This document shows, in pieces, positions 9,531 through 20,073 of a DNA stretch of 64,000 bases. The position numbers and the translations under genes are program-made. This DNA is from a virus: the IMG/VR virus record IMGVR_UViG_3300045988_176782, positions 1-64,000 of that record; one strand, 5' to 3'. Each line of letters begins with the position of its first letter. Positions within the stretch are counted from its first letter, which is position 1. The notes below the pieces were generated by a model, which saw only the letters and a list, made by a program, of their open reading frames with translations, was not told the DNA's origin and made no database searches.

Positions 9531-10582
9531 AAGAGATAGTCTGGCCCTTACTGCCTTTTCCTCTTATCAGAGGGGTCATAAGTAATTATGGCTAACGAGG
9601 GAGCCGTATAAAAATTATAAATAATTAAAAAAGTTCTAACGAAAAAGGACTTGGTGAAATTACTTATAATATGAAAGGTAATCTCGTGGGAAGCAAACTA
9701 CAATATTACCTTATCAAATGAGAAGGTGATATTAATGATTGGAATTTATAAAATTACAAATAAAATAAATAATAAATGTTATATTGGACAATCCACTAAT
9801 ATAGAAGAACGTTGGAAAGCGCATAAAAAGAAAGCTTTCTCTGGAAATGAAGAATCAAATAAAGAATATAATAAAGCTTTGTACAAAGCTTTTAGAAAGT
9901 ATGGAATAGACAATTTTGATTTTTCTGTATTAGAAGAATGTCCACAAACTCAATTAGGTGAGCGAGAAGCTTATTATATTGATTTATATAAAGCAAACTC
10001 AAATCATCATGGATATAATGAAACATCTGGATATGAATATTCTTCTTACGGTATGAGAGAAGAACAACATCCTAATCATAAACTTACTGCTAATGAAGTC
10101 TATTATATTAGAGAATGCTATAATCAACATAAAGATAAGAATGAAGTTTATGAAGAATTTCAAGACAAAATTAATCTAACTGGTTTTCATAAGATTTGGA
10201 ACAATTTTACTTGGAAAAATATCCATCAAGATGTTTATACTGAAGAAAATAGAAGATATTATTTATTTAAACGTAATTCTCATCCAGGCTCAAAAAATCC
10301 AAGAGCGAAATTAAATGAACAACAAGTTTATCAAATTCGTTTAAGAAAGAAAAATGGAGAAAATTGCAAAGATGTATATAAAGATTATAAATATACAACA
10401 ATAACTTATCGCAGTTTTCAACAAGTCTGGAATTATCAAAATTGGAAGAATATTGTAGTTTGAACCTGTAACGACCATCTCCGTTGTTGGAGAGTACATT
10501 TTCTATTGATACGAAAATGGAAACAGGCAGCCACTTAAGTGGAAGAAATGGTCTGTACCATTAGAAATAATGGAATAATATG
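9531..10582 (+). mobile_element. group I intron carrying a GIY-YIG homing endonuclease
   Basis: The exon ends in U and the intron ends in G. P1 pairs exon AAGGGU with intron GCCCUU (about 9546). Joining 9530 to 10583 restores RYKG-LGEM. Confidence 0.8.
9735..10463 (+). CDS. GIY-YIG homing endonuclease (intron-encoded)
   Basis: IGIYKITN...CYIGQS...ERWKAH motifs, with an RBS before ATG 9735. Confidence 0.85.
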   Translation: MIGIYKITNKINNKCYIGQSTNIEERWKAHKKKAFSGNEESNKEYNKALYKAFRKYGIDNFDFSVLEECPQTQLGEREAYYIDLYKANSNHHGYNETSGYEYSSYGMREEQHPNHKLTANEVYYIRECYNQHKDKNEVYEEFQDKINLTGFHKIWNNFTWKNIHQDVYTEENRRYYLFKRNSHPGSKNPRAKLNEQQVYQIRLRKKNGENCKDVYKDYKYTTITYRSFQQVWNYQNWKNIVV

Positions 10583-10770
10583 TAGGCGAAATGCGTCCAG
10601 AAGATGTTGAAGAATCAATGTTTCACACTGAGAATCAGCACTTAGAGTGTCTTACCATTGATGATTTTGAGCAAACATATCAAACTCTTGTTATGCTTAT
10701 GGGCAAAGAAGTAAGCCCGCGTAGAGACTATCTTTTTGAAAATGTTGACTTTAGCGTATTAAATAATTAA
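10583..10770 (+). CDS. type II topoisomerase ATPase subunit, exon 2
   Basis: Encodes (L)GEMRPEDVEES..LMGKEVSPRRDYLFEN, the canonical GyrB C-terminus. Confidence 0.8.
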
Positions 10771-10783
10771 GGAGAGTGTTAAA

Positions 10784-12772
10784 TTGATTACTCAGGTTGA
10801 TTTTGAAAATTCAATACAAGATGCTTTCCTTGAATATGGCGCGTCAGTAGCGCAGGAAAGAGCAATTGCTGATGTACGAGATGGTTTAAAAATTGGTTTA
10901 CGACAAGGTTTATATGCACAATACACAAATAAACTTACTCACAATAAACCATATAAAAAAGCATTAAAGTCCGTAGCCGCGGCAACATCACAATCTTATG
11001 TTCATGGCGATAAGGCTATTTACGATACTTTTGTGCGTATGGCTAAACCTTGGGCGGCGCGCTACTTACTAGAAGATGCTCAGGGTGCAGTCGGCTCTCC
11101 TTGTGCTCCTGATGACCATACTGCTTCTCGTTATTTGGAGATGCGGGCCAGTGAGCTATCAGACATTTTCTTTGATGGTTTAAAGAAAAACGCTATTGGA
11201 AATGAGTGGTATAATAATTATGATGATACGGAAAAAATTCCAAGTGTTTTTCCTTCTATTGGCTTTTGGAATATTGTAAATGGTTGCACTGGTATCGCGG
11301 TGGCTATGAGTACAAATATTCCGCAATTTAACCTAAAAGAAGTTAACCAAGCTTTAATTAAATTGATTCAGAATAAAGATATTAATTTTGATGAAATTTA
11401 TTGCCCTCCAGATTTCGCAACTGGCGGTACAATTACAAATGCCAAAGAAGTAAAAGAAAGTCTTGAAAAAGGTAAGGGTACTTCTATTCGGTTGCGCGCA
11501 GATTTAATTTATCATCAAAAAGATAATGTTATTATTGCCTCACATTTACCTTACGGTGTTTATACTAATACTGTAATTAGCCAACTTGCTTCTTTAACAG
11601 AAGAAGACGAAAACTACGGTATTGCGAAAGTAATTGACCATACTAAAAAAGAAGCTGATATTCGTATTTATCTTACTAAAGCTGCTAATCCAACGGTAAT
11701 GATTCAAAAGCTTTATAAAGATACCTCTCTTGAAAGTTGGTTTGGAATCAATATGATTATGCTTGACCATGGCCGTTTTCCTAAAGTATTTGGGTGGCGT
11801 GAAGCTTGCCAAGCATATATTAACCATATTAGAGAATGTAAGAAACGGGAACTTCAATATGATTTAGATGCTCTTGTTGCTCGCAATCATATTTTAGAAG
11901 GATTGTTAATTGCAATCGCACATATTGATGAAGTTGTTGCTTTAATTCGTCATAGTGAAAGTGCAGCAGATGCTAAACAAGCATTAATGAAGAATTATAA
12001 TTTAGATGAAGAACAGGCGAAAGCCATTCTTGATTTAAAACTTCAACGACTTGCAAACTTAGAAGCAATTAAAATTAATAAAGAATTAGAAGAAAATCAA
12101 GTTGAAATTAATAAGTTAAACAACATCTTATCTAATCCTCTTGAGATTGATAAAATTCTTATTAATATTCTTGATGAAGTAGCTAAAAAATTTGGTGATG
12201 TTCGTCGCACAAAAATCACTAACGTCATTGACGCGGATGAAGAAGAAGAAGAAGAAATCCCTGTAATTGTCCGTATTAAGGATGGAAAGATTAGTTTATG
12301 TGAAAAACTTCTAAGCGGTCAAAATATTAAAACGACAAATAAAGATACTCTAATTGGTTTTGCCGAAAACGGTAAAATGTATAAAGTTGCAATTAAAGAA
12401 TTAACTGATAAACAAATTGCAATTAGCACATTATTTAAAACTCATGATATTATTGCAATTAATAGCGTAAGTTCTTTAAAAGAAGACGGCATTATTACAT
12501 TCATTACTAAAGATGGATATGTAAAGAAAACTAAAATGTCAGAGTATAGTTGGCCTGCGCGGGCAAATACAGTATCTTTTAAACTTCAACAAAATGATGA
12601 AATTAAAGCAATAGATTTTAATGACACTCAAGAATTTACTTTAAAAATTGGTGACAAAGAACAAGTTATTAATTGTAAAAACTACAAAATCTTGCCTTCT
12701 GGCAAACAAGCAAAGGGCAAAAAAGTAATTCAAGAAAATGAACAAATTGATTCTGTAATATGGAGTGTATAA
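10784..12772 (+). CDS. type II DNA topoisomerase cleavage subunit (GyrA/ParC/T4 gp52-like)
   Basis: DGLKIGLRQ, HGDKAIYDT.VRMA..W and the active-site SRY region. Confidence 0.85.
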   Translation: MITQVDFENSIQDAFLEYGASVAQERAIADVRDGLKIGLRQGLYAQYTNKLTHNKPYKKALKSVAAATSQSYVHGDKAIYDTFVRMAKPWAARYLLEDAQGAVGSPCAPDDHTASRYLEMRASELSDIFFDGLKKNAIGNEWYNNYDDTEKIPSVFPSIGFWNIVNGCTGIAVAMSTNIPQFNLKEVNQALIKLIQNKDINFDEIYCPPDFATGGTITNAKEVKESLEKGKGTSIRLRADLIYHQKDNVIIASHLPYGVYTNTVISQLASLTEEDENYGIAKVIDHTKKEADIRIYLTKAANPTVMIQKLYKDTSLESWFGINMIMLDHGRFPKVFGWREACQAYINHIRECKKRELQYDLDALVARNHILEGLLIAIAHIDEVVALIRHSESAADAKQALMKNYNLDEEQAKAILDLKLQRLANLEAIKINKELEENQVEINKLNNILSNPLEIDKILINILDEVAKKFGDVRRTKITNVIDADEEEEEEIPVIVRIKDGKISLCEKLLSGQNIKTTNKDTLIGFAENGKMYKVAIKELTDKQIAISTLFKTHDIIAINSVSSLKEDGIITFITKDGYVKKTKMSEYSWPARANTVSFKLQQNDEIKAIDFNDTQEFTLKIGDKEQVINCKNYKILPSGKQAKGKKVIQENEQIDSVIWSV

Positions 12773-13191
12773 TGAAACTAACACAACAATATAAAGATTT
12801 GTTTGCCTTAGTTGCTCGTAATGGAGCAATTAATGGTGAGAAAGCAATGGATGTTATTTCTGAAAAGAATCCAGAAGAAGATCTAACCAACACTAAGAAA
12901 ATGACTCAAGATTTTCGCGACCTTGAAGATAAGATTTATGCCGATGAAGAACTAACTCTTCTTGATTTCGTTCATCTTTGGGTTGGAGCATCTATTAGCC
13001 GAACAGTTATTGCAAAAAATGTAAATACTTGGATAGCGGTAGTAAAGGCTTATGATGAAGATTTGATTCCCAAGCTATATGAAATAGCGCAAAGTTCTAA
13101 TGATGATGTTAAATGGCAAGAATTAGTTGAAGAATATTTTTGTAAGAATTTGAGTGAAAATTCAGACGAAAATAAAATTGACAAAGAATAA
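12760..13191 (+). CDS. hypothetical protein
   Basis: 143-aa ORF that overlaps the upstream gene by 13 nt. Confidence 0.45.
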   Translation: MECIMKLTQQYKDLFALVARNGAINGEKAMDVISEKNPEEDLTNTKKMTQDFRDLEDKIYADEELTLLDFVHLWVGASISRTVIAKNVNTWIAVVKAYDEDLIPKLYEIAQSSNDDVKWQELVEEYFCKNLSENSDENKIDKE

Positions 13192-13206
13192 ATTTTAATC
13201 TATAAT
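13178..13206 (+). promoter_or_regulatory. sigma-70 consensus promoter
   Basis: TTGACA (13178-13183), 17-nt spacer, TATAAT (13201-13206). Confidence 0.55.
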
Positions 13207-13230
13207 AAATTAAACATTGAGGGTATAAAA

Positions 13231-13587
13231 ATGCGACCAAATTCAGAAAAAGTGCTCGCTTTTTTACAAGAGCATTCTAACAAAGAATACACTAAACAAG
13301 ATTTAGTAGAAGAACTTGATGTCTCAATGGCGACAGTAACTGGTTCGGTAAATGGATTGGTTAAAAAGGGATTAGCGACTGAACGCATTGAAGAATACGC
13401 TCCTCTTGCTGCTGGTAGCAAACCAACAGTTATTCGTTGGATTCAAATCACAAATGAAGGATTAAAATTTGACCCTGTTCAAGAAGAGCGTCGTTTGGCG
13501 CGTGAAAAAGCAGAAGCGACTGCTGCACGAAAGGCCGCGAGAGCAAAAGAAAAAGCGGAACGTGCCCGTAGAAACTCTGTATTATAA
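13231..13587 (+). CDS. winged-helix DNA-binding protein with basic K/R/A/E-rich tail
   Basis: MarR-like HTH segment (DLVEELDVSMATVTGSVNGLVKKGLA) followed by a charged helical tail. Confidence 0.4.
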   Translation: MRPNSEKVLAFLQEHSNKEYTKQDLVEELDVSMATVTGSVNGLVKKGLATERIEEYAPLAAGSKPTVIRWIQITNEGLKFDPVQEERRLAREKAEATAARKAARAKEKAERARRNSVL

Positions 13588-13636
13588 TCTATTTTATTTA
13601 TTTTATTTTATTTAATTATTAGGAGAAAAGATATAT

Positions 13637-14590
13637 ATGAGTAAGTCAATTCAAAATCCTGCAAAGAATGAAGTTTCTATTACTGGTACTCTACATAGTG
13701 TAGTAATTCGTGACGGTGTTGCAAAGGGCAGCGGCAAGCCTTATCGTTCTGGTACAGTTACTCTGCGTGTAAATCAACATTATGGCGCGAACGGCGGCGT
13801 TGATGAAATTAGTGAAATTCCTGTAAGTTTTGTTGCTATGAAGTTTAAGCGTGATGGTTCTCAAAATCCTGCTTATGATAATTTAAAGGAATTTATGGAA
13901 GGCGGTTCTTATCATAGTATTCAAGAAGTTGGTCTTGAACACGCAACTCGTCTTCGTGTAAGTGGTAAGTATGGTAATTTAAGTGAAAATATGTTCGTTG
14001 GCCGTGATGGTGAAACTATCAATTCTGGTTGGCGTGTAAATTCCAGTTTCTTTGGTGTAGTTCGTGGTAATGGTGAAGCAAGTCCCAGCAATGGCGATAG
14101 CGCGACTTTTAGCTCTGATATTTTCATTATGAGTATTGATGATGAAGTAACTGCTGAAGGCGAAGCTACTGGTCGTCTACATATTCGTGGTGCAATTGTT
14201 CAGTATGGTCAGCGTTTGGATGTTATGGATTTCTATGCCGAGAATCCTGGTGTTGTGGATTTTATGTCTCGTAATTATAATGTAAATGATACTGTTAATG
14301 TTGTAGGTCGTATTCGTTATACTTCTACTGTAGAAGAAACTCACGAAGAAAGCTCTTGGGGCGAAGTTATTCCTAAGTCTACTACTCGCACTAAGCGCGA
14401 ATTAATTCTTGTAAATGGTGCGGATGAAGTATTTGACGATGAAATGGCTTACGATCCTGCTGATATTGCAACTCTAAATGCTGATCGTAATAGTCGTCGT
14501 GAGCAGTTGAAGATTGATGCTCGCAATAAGGCCGCGGCTTCTAAGGCAGCAAAGGCCCCTGTAGATAATGGTGGTTATGATTGGGAGTAA
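13637..14590 (+). CDS. possible single-stranded DNA-binding protein
   Basis: Sits immediately upstream of the Sak4-like ATPase. Its codon usage is markedly G/C3-richer than its neighbours. It has an acidic/aromatic C-terminus (GGYDWE). The assignment is tentative. Confidence 0.35.
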   Translation: MSKSIQNPAKNEVSITGTLHSVVIRDGVAKGSGKPYRSGTVTLRVNQHYGANGGVDEISEIPVSFVAMKFKRDGSQNPAYDNLKEFMEGGSYHSIQEVGLEHATRLRVSGKYGNLSENMFVGRDGETINSGWRVNSSFFGVVRGNGEASPSNGDSATFSSDIFIMSIDDEVTAEGEATGRLHIRGAIVQYGQRLDVMDFYAENPGVVDFMSRNYNVNDTVNVVGRIRYTSTVEETHEESSWGEVIPKSTTRTKRELILVNGADEVFDDEMAYDPADIATLNADRNSRREQLKIDARNKAAASKAAKAPVDNGGYDWE

Positions 14591-14677
14591 TTCCCAATCA
14601 TAACTTGATTAAGAAATAATATAACTATATAATTATAAATACTGACAACAGATTTAAGATTAGGAGATAAATATAAT

Positions 14678-14761
14678 ATGGCTATTGATATTTTTAATAT
14701 TCAACCTTCTAAAATTTCTCGAGACCTTAAGGGAAAATATCTGTTGATTTACGGTGCGCCT
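14678..14761 (+). CDS. Sak4-like AAA (AAA_24/RecA-like) ATPase, exon 1 (28 codons)
   Basis: RBS AGGAG precedes the ATG. Encodes MAIDIF...LLIYGAP, ending in the middle of Walker A. Confidence 0.7.
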
Positions 14762-15819
14762 AAAGTTTTGGGCCGTATGTAAGTAATTATATACGATAAT
14801 TGCTGGAAAAACTGGAAACCTGAAATGGTAATCAGAGCGGAAGTTATAATATAAAAGTTATAACACGCACAACGACTAGGAAAATTAAACATTAAGGAGT
14901 GATTGCGATTGTTATGCGCATCAGAAATAATTAAAAAATATTTACAAGGTGCAAGTTTAGCATCATTAGGTAGAGAATATAATTGCAATTCTTTAAAAAT
15001 TCGTAAATTATTATGTGATAATGGAATTCAAATTCGCTCTCAAAAAGAACAGAATAAATATTCTCCTCAAAATCAAAGAAAATATATTATTAATGATGAT
15101 TACTTAAATTGTATTGATTCTTCTGACAAAGCTTATTTTTTAGGATTTTTTGCCGCGGATGGGACTGTACGAAAAGATGGTAGTTGTAAAATTGGATTGA
15201 GTTCAATAGACAAAAATCTTTTAGAGCAATTTCAAAAAGCATTAGAAACAAACTATCCAATTCGCGATTATATGACTAAAGATGGTTTTGCAGTATCAGA
15301 ATTTTGTTTTAGAAGTTCTAAAATTGTTCAAGAATTTTCTAAATATGGAATTATTAATAATAAAACTTATTCTTTGAGATTTCCTAAAAATATTCCTTCT
15401 AAATATATTATTGATTATATTCGTGGTTTTTGGGACGGAGATGGTACAATTTGTAAATCTGGTGATTATGCAAGAGCATCTCTTTGTGGATATAATAAAG
15501 AATTTCTTGAAGATGTCTTAAATATTTTAGAACAGAATTATGGAATTCCTCGTGTGAATATCTTACAAGTAAAAGATAAACACGCCTATTATTTTCAGTA
15601 TGCTTCCTACGCTACGGAAAGATTATATCATTGTTTTTATAAAAACAAAGATTCTAATCAATTATATTTAAATCGTAAATATTTAAAATTTAAAGAACTC
15701 TTTGGTGAAATAAATTCCCATGAGCCAGTAACTTCCCAAGCGGAAGAAAAGATAGTCTGACCTTACAAGAAAAAAATTGTAAGAATTATAGGATAAAGAG
15801 CCTATAAGATAACATATTG
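14762..15819 (+). mobile_element. group I intron carrying a LAGLIDADG homing endonuclease
   Basis: P1 pairs exon GCCU with intron GGGC (14770-14773). The intron ends in G at 15819. Splicing restores GAP|KTGKST (GxxxxGKS/T). Confidence 0.75.
14903..15760 (+). CDS. LAGLIDADG homing endonuclease (intron-encoded)
   Basis: Two LAGLIDADG motifs: FLGFFAADGTV and IRGFWDGDGTI. Confidence 0.85.
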   Translation: MRLLCASEIIKKYLQGASLASLGREYNCNSLKIRKLLCDNGIQIRSQKEQNKYSPQNQRKYIINDDYLNCIDSSDKAYFLGFFAADGTVRKDGSCKIGLSSIDKNLLEQFQKALETNYPIRDYMTKDGFAVSEFCFRSSKIVQEFSKYGIINNKTYSLRFPKNIPSKYIIDYIRGFWDGDGTICKSGDYARASLCGYNKEFLEDVLNILEQNYGIPRVNILQVKDKHAYYFQYASYATERLYHCFYKNKDSNQLYLNRKYLKFKELFGEINSHEPVTSQAEEKIV

Positions 15820-16725
15820 AAAACTGGTAAATCAACCTTTGGCAGCAAGCTTCCTCGTAGTTTATTTCTTCAATTTGAACAGGGCACTAACGCCTTAGAC
15901 GGCATTCGTGGCGTTCCCATGCTAAAATGGACGGATATGAAACAAGTTCTTCGTCAGTTACGCGACCCTCGTGCGCAAGAAATGTATGATTCAATCGTAG
16001 TAGATACGGTTGGTATTGCTTGGTCTCTTTGTGAAAATTATATCTGCTCTCAAAACGGAGTTTCTCAGATTAACGAAATTCCTTGGGGCGGTGGATTTAA
16101 GCTTGTAAAACAAGAGTTCCAAGAAGTCTGGCGTGAAATAACGCTACTTGGTTATGGTATCCTTTTTATTGCTCACGAAAAAGAACGCACAACTGAAATG
16201 CGTGATGCTGATGGTGAGCAAATTCGTGCGGTTGCGCCAGACCTTCCCAATGCGCCTTATTCTATTATTAATAGTCTGGTTGACATTATTGGGTATTTAT
16301 CTACTCAAATGAATGCTGATGGGACTACTGAACGATATTTATATACTCGTGCAACTCCTCATGTGTTTGCGGGCTCTCGTTATAAGTATATCGCACCTCG
16401 CATTTCTTTTAATAATGACGGCTATACTGAGTTAGTTAATGCAATTGGTGACGCAATTGACCGCCAAGTCCAAGATGATGGCGCACAAGTAACCGACCAC
16501 ACTGAACTACCAATGCCCTCTAATGTTCGTTCTTTTAATGAAACAATGAATGAAGCTCGTGAATTATGGAACAAGATTGTTGCTGCACGAGGCGATGAGG
16601 GCAAAAATAAGATGCACGAAATTATAACTAATGTCTTTGGTCATGATGTTCAATTATCTAAAGTAACAGAAGACCAACAAGATTTCGTTGAACTTGTTAT
16701 TGATGATTTTAAGAAATTAATTTAA
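15820..16725 (+). CDS. Sak4-like AAA ATPase, exon 2
   Basis: Begins KTGKSTF (second half of Walker A) and contains Walker B-like IVVDTVG. Confidence 0.75.
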   Translation, partial: KTGKSTFGSKLPRSLFLQFEQGTNALDGIRGVPMLKWTDMKQVLRQLRDPRAQEMYDSIVVDTVGIAWSLCENYICSQNGVSQINEIPWGGGFKLVKQEFQEVWREITLLGYGILFIAHEKERTTEMRDADGEQIRAVAPDLPNAPYSIINSLVDIIGYLSTQMNADGTTERYLYTRATPHVFAGSRYKYIAPRISFNNDGYTELVNAIGDAIDRQVQDDGAQVTDHTELPMPSNVRSFNETMNEARELWNKIVAARGDEGKNKMHEIITNVFGHDVQLSKVTEDQQDFVELVIDDFKKLI

Positions 16726-16740
16726 TTAAGAAACAATATA

Positions 16741-16771
16741 AACCTCGGATATATTCCGAGGTTTATTTTTT
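16741..16771 (+). terminator. intrinsic terminator
   Basis: AACCTCGGA-TATAT-TCCGAGGTT hairpin followed by a T-run. Confidence 0.65.
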
Positions 16772-16798
16772 GACTTTTATAAAAAATTGTGCTACAAT
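16770..16798 (+). promoter_or_regulatory. sigma-70-like promoter
   Basis: TTGACT, 17-nt spacer, TACAAT (16793-16798). Confidence 0.55.
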
Positions 16799-16823
16799 AC
16801 ATAAAGAAAGGTGAGTTGATAGC

Positions 16824-17312
16824 ATGATAATTTGTAAAGAATGTGGGAAAGTTATAAATGAATCAACTAATTATTTTTGTCTTGAGCCAACTTTTTCATA
16901 TTTATGTTCAAAAGAATGTAGTTCTAAATATGCCAAAAAGGAAAAGGAAAAAGAAGACAGAAATAGATTATATAAACAGGTTAGTAATTTGTTTCATATA
17001 AAATTTCCTGGCCCACAAATGTTGGCGGAAATAAAAAGATATAAAGAAAAAGGAAACTTATCTTACTCTAATATGTCCGCGACATTACACTATATTTATG
17101 ATATTTTAGGAAAAACTCCATATGGAACTTCTTTATATTTAATTCCGCAATATGCAGACGCGGCAAAAGAATATTATCAAGCGAATAAAATAAGAAATCT
17201 TGAAGCTTTAGAAAAATTAGATAAAGAGCCAGAGGTTTCAAGAGTAATAATTCCTTCTCATAAAGGAAAGACAAAAACGACAGTTAAAATGATAAGTCCA
17301 GATGATGTATAA
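16824..17312 (+). CDS. hypothetical zinc-ribbon protein
   Basis: N-terminal CKECG...C..C cysteine pairs. Confidence 0.4.
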   Translation: MIICKECGKVINESTNYFCLEPTFSYLCSKECSSKYAKKEKEKEDRNRLYKQVSNLFHIKFPGPQMLAEIKRYKEKGNLSYSNMSATLHYIYDILGKTPYGTSLYLIPQYADAAKEYYQANKIRNLEALEKLDKEPEVSRVIIPSHKGKTKTTVKMISPDDV

Positions 17313-17324
17313 GGAGAGATTGGT

Positions 17325-18947
17325 TTGACATTTGATAATATTGAATTATATTGTCAAGTTCTTGGCAGTGTGATGAAAGAGCCAGTCCTTCTACATAATA
17401 CTCCCAACCCTATTACGATTAACGATTTTAGTAAAAATAATGTAATTGCAAGAACAATTTTCTTTGCGGTAAATAATATTGCGAATAATGAAAGTCGTTT
17501 TATTTCTAACGATATGATTATCGCGTATTTAAATCAATATGATAATTTAAAAGGTAATTATAATCGTTATAATGGGTCAGAATTTGTTCAAATGTGTTTA
17601 GACAAAGGAAGCCCAGAAAATTTTAATATCTTTTATAATCAACTTAAAAAAACATCATTGTTGGTTGAATTAAAGTCAAGAGGTTTTAATATTATTCCCT
17701 ATGACTTTGAAGCTGCGGCAGAGCGTTATGGCGGCGGTTCTCGCAAAGAATTAGAATGTATTGAACGATATGAAAATGCAACTGAAGAAGAAATTCTTGG
17801 GTATGTAGAACGACAATTTGAAGAATTAAGAACTAACTATATTTCTGGTGGCATTGGTGGCGGCGATATTTCAGATGGAATAGATGAGTTACTTGAAAAT
17901 TTAGGCGATAAGGGAGATTATGGACTTCCTATTCGTGGTGAAATGTTTAACTCAATAGTCCGTGGCGCGCGTTTAGGATGTATGTATTTAAGGTCTGCTG
18001 GGACTAATGCAGGTAAGACAAGAAATAGTGTGTTTGATGCTTGTGAAGGAGTTTATCCAATTATTTATGATTTAAGAAAAAATTGCTTTACTTATAATAA
18101 ATCAATTGTTCCAGTTAAAACTCTTTTTATTGCAACAGAGCAAACAAGTAATGAAATTAAGATGATGGTTTTAGCGTATATTTCTGGTATAGAAGAAAGT
18201 CGTATACGCGCAAATATTATAACTCCTGGAGAACGAGAAAGATTAAGAATTGCCGCAAAAATAATGAAACATTTTGATGGATATTTTAAATGGGAAGAGA
18301 TTAATGATCCAAATTTGACGAATGTTCAAAATGTTATTAAGAAACATGTTATTCAAAATGGGATTAAGTATATTTATTATGACTATATTTTTTCTTCTCC
18401 ATCTTTGGTGTCTGATATGAAGGGCCTGCGAGAAGATGTAACTCTTATGTTACTCTCCAACCAACTCAAAGAAATCGCCAAGACATATAATATTTTTATT
18501 ATGTCTTCCACGCAGTTAAATGGTGAGGGTCTTGTAAGTGGACGAAAACGCGACCAAAGTATGATTCGTGGCAGTAAAGCAATTGCAGACAAAGCAGATA
18601 TTGGCTGTATTATTGCCCCAGTAGATGAAGCAGAAATGGAACAAGTAAAAACTATTGTAGACAAAACAGGTCTTGCACCAACCCATGTTATTGATGTTTA
18701 TAAAATTCGTAGCGGTCGTTTTCGAGGAGTAAGAATTTGGACAAGAATTAATTTAGGTAATGGAAGGCAAGAAGATTTATTTATTACTGATTCAGATAAT
18801 AACTATTTGACTTTTGATGCAGGAGAAAGAATAGATTCTTTAAGAAAGTTTTCTGAAGCAGTTTCATTAGAAGGAATAGATAATTTTATTGATTCAATTC
18901 CAGTAGATGCTGAGATAATAGATGTTGGAAAGGACAATGATTTCTAA
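17325..18947 (+). CDS. DnaB-like replicative helicase
   Basis: RecA-like C-terminal domain (RSAGTNAGKT Walker A, FIATEQ, YYDYI, SSTQLN). Its position next to the primase supports the call. Confidence 0.6.
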   Translation: MTFDNIELYCQVLGSVMKEPVLLHNTPNPITINDFSKNNVIARTIFFAVNNIANNESRFISNDMIIAYLNQYDNLKGNYNRYNGSEFVQMCLDKGSPENFNIFYNQLKKTSLLVELKSRGFNIIPYDFEAAAERYGGGSRKELECIERYENATEEEILGYVERQFEELRTNYISGGIGGGDISDGIDELLENLGDKGDYGLPIRGEMFNSIVRGARLGCMYLRSAGTNAGKTRNSVFDACEGVYPIIYDLRKNCFTYNKSIVPVKTLFIATEQTSNEIKMMVLAYISGIEESRIRANIITPGERERLRIAAKIMKHFDGYFKWEEINDPNLTNVQNVIKKHVIQNGIKYIYYDYIFSSPSLVSDMKGLREDVTLMLLSNQLKEIAKTYNIFIMSSTQLNGEGLVSGRKRDQSMIRGSKAIADKADIGCIIAPVDEAEMEQVKTIVDKTGLAPTHVIDVYKIRSGRFRGVRIWTRINLGNGRQEDLFITDSDNNYLTFDAGERIDSLRKFSEAVSLEGIDNFIDSIPVDAEIIDVGKDNDF

Positions 18948-20062
18948 TGAAATATTTTTTACAAGGTAATTTTGACGACATTGCAATTAAAAATGCAATG
19001 TCAGTTAAAGAAATTATTGAATCTTTAACACTTGAAGATATTCATCAGTTTCTTTTAAGTTTAGGGGTAGATGACAATGATATTGATGTGCAAGATGATT
19101 ATTTAATTTGTCCAACAATTTGTCATAATCCAATAGAAGAAGCAACAAGTATGAAACTTTATTATTATGACCAAAATAAGAGCTTTCATTGTTATACTCA
19201 ATGTAGTGAAAATTTTAACATAATTGAACTTTATATGCGATATATGGAGCTGAATCATTATAAGATTTTTTATAGTGATGCAGAAGATTATATTCGTCAG
19301 TTTGTTGGACAATTACAAGAAGTCATTGTTAATGAACCAACTTTTCATTATGAAAAAACAGTTAGGTCAGAAGATTTTATTGATTTGCCTCCATATAATC
19401 CAAATGTGTTAGATTGTTTTGTTGATTATCCTCATCCCTTATGGTTAGGTGATGGAATTTCAGAAAGAAGTATGAAGAAATTCCATATAGGTTTTTCATT
19501 AAATCAAAATCGTATTACTATTCCACACTATGATTATCGTGGTTTTTTAATTGGTGTACGAAGTCGCGCACTAGAGGAAAAGGATTTAGAATTTGGTAAA
19601 TATAGACCAATGATGGTTGGAGATAAAATGTATAATCATCAATTAGGTTTTAATTTATATGGTATATATGAAAACAAAGAAGCAATCAAACGTTTTAAAC
19701 GAGCAGTAATTTTTGAAGGTGAGAAAAGTGTCTTATTATCTGACACTTTTTATGAAAATTATAGTGTCGCAGTGGCAACTTGCGGTTCACAACTAAATCG
19801 TTTTCAAATTAATTTGTTAGTTAAAAAATACGGTGTATCAGATATAACTTTAGCCTTTGATAAAGAATTCAAAAATTTAAATGACCCAGCTTGTAGAACA
19901 TACAGAAAGAAATTAATTGATAAATGTTTAAAATATCGCGGTTTGGCCAATTTTTATTACATTTTTGATGAACATAATTTACTTCAACAAAAAGATAGCC
20001 CGATTGACCGCGGAGTAGAAGTATATGAAAAATTAATGAAAAAAAGAATTAAAATAAATTAA
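18947..20062 (+). CDS. DNA primase (zinc finger plus Toprim)
   Basis: CPTICHN...HCYTQC zinc-finger-like region, EGEKS Toprim glutamate and a later D.E/D motif. Confidence 0.55.
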   Translation: MKYFLQGNFDDIAIKNAMSVKEIIESLTLEDIHQFLLSLGVDDNDIDVQDDYLICPTICHNPIEEATSMKLYYYDQNKSFHCYTQCSENFNIIELYMRYMELNHYKIFYSDAEDYIRQFVGQLQEVIVNEPTFHYEKTVRSEDFIDLPPYNPNVLDCFVDYPHPLWLGDGISERSMKKFHIGFSLNQNRITIPHYDYRGFLIGVRSRALEEKDLEFGKYRPMMVGDKMYNHQLGFNLYGIYENKEAIKRFKRAVIFEGEKSVLLSDTFYENYSVAVATCGSQLNRFQINLLVKKYGVSDITLAFDKEFKNLNDPACRTYRKKLIDKCLKYRGLANFYYIFDEHNLLQQKDSPIDRGVEVYEKLMKKRIKIN

Positions 20063-20073
20063 GAAGGTTATTT

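Noticed and set aside
14574-14604. Perfect 13-bp hairpin spanning the stop codon of the SSB-like gene, considered as a terminator
   Set aside because: It is not followed by a T-run, so I did not call it an intrinsic terminator. It may be an RNA stability or processing element, but I have no further support for that.
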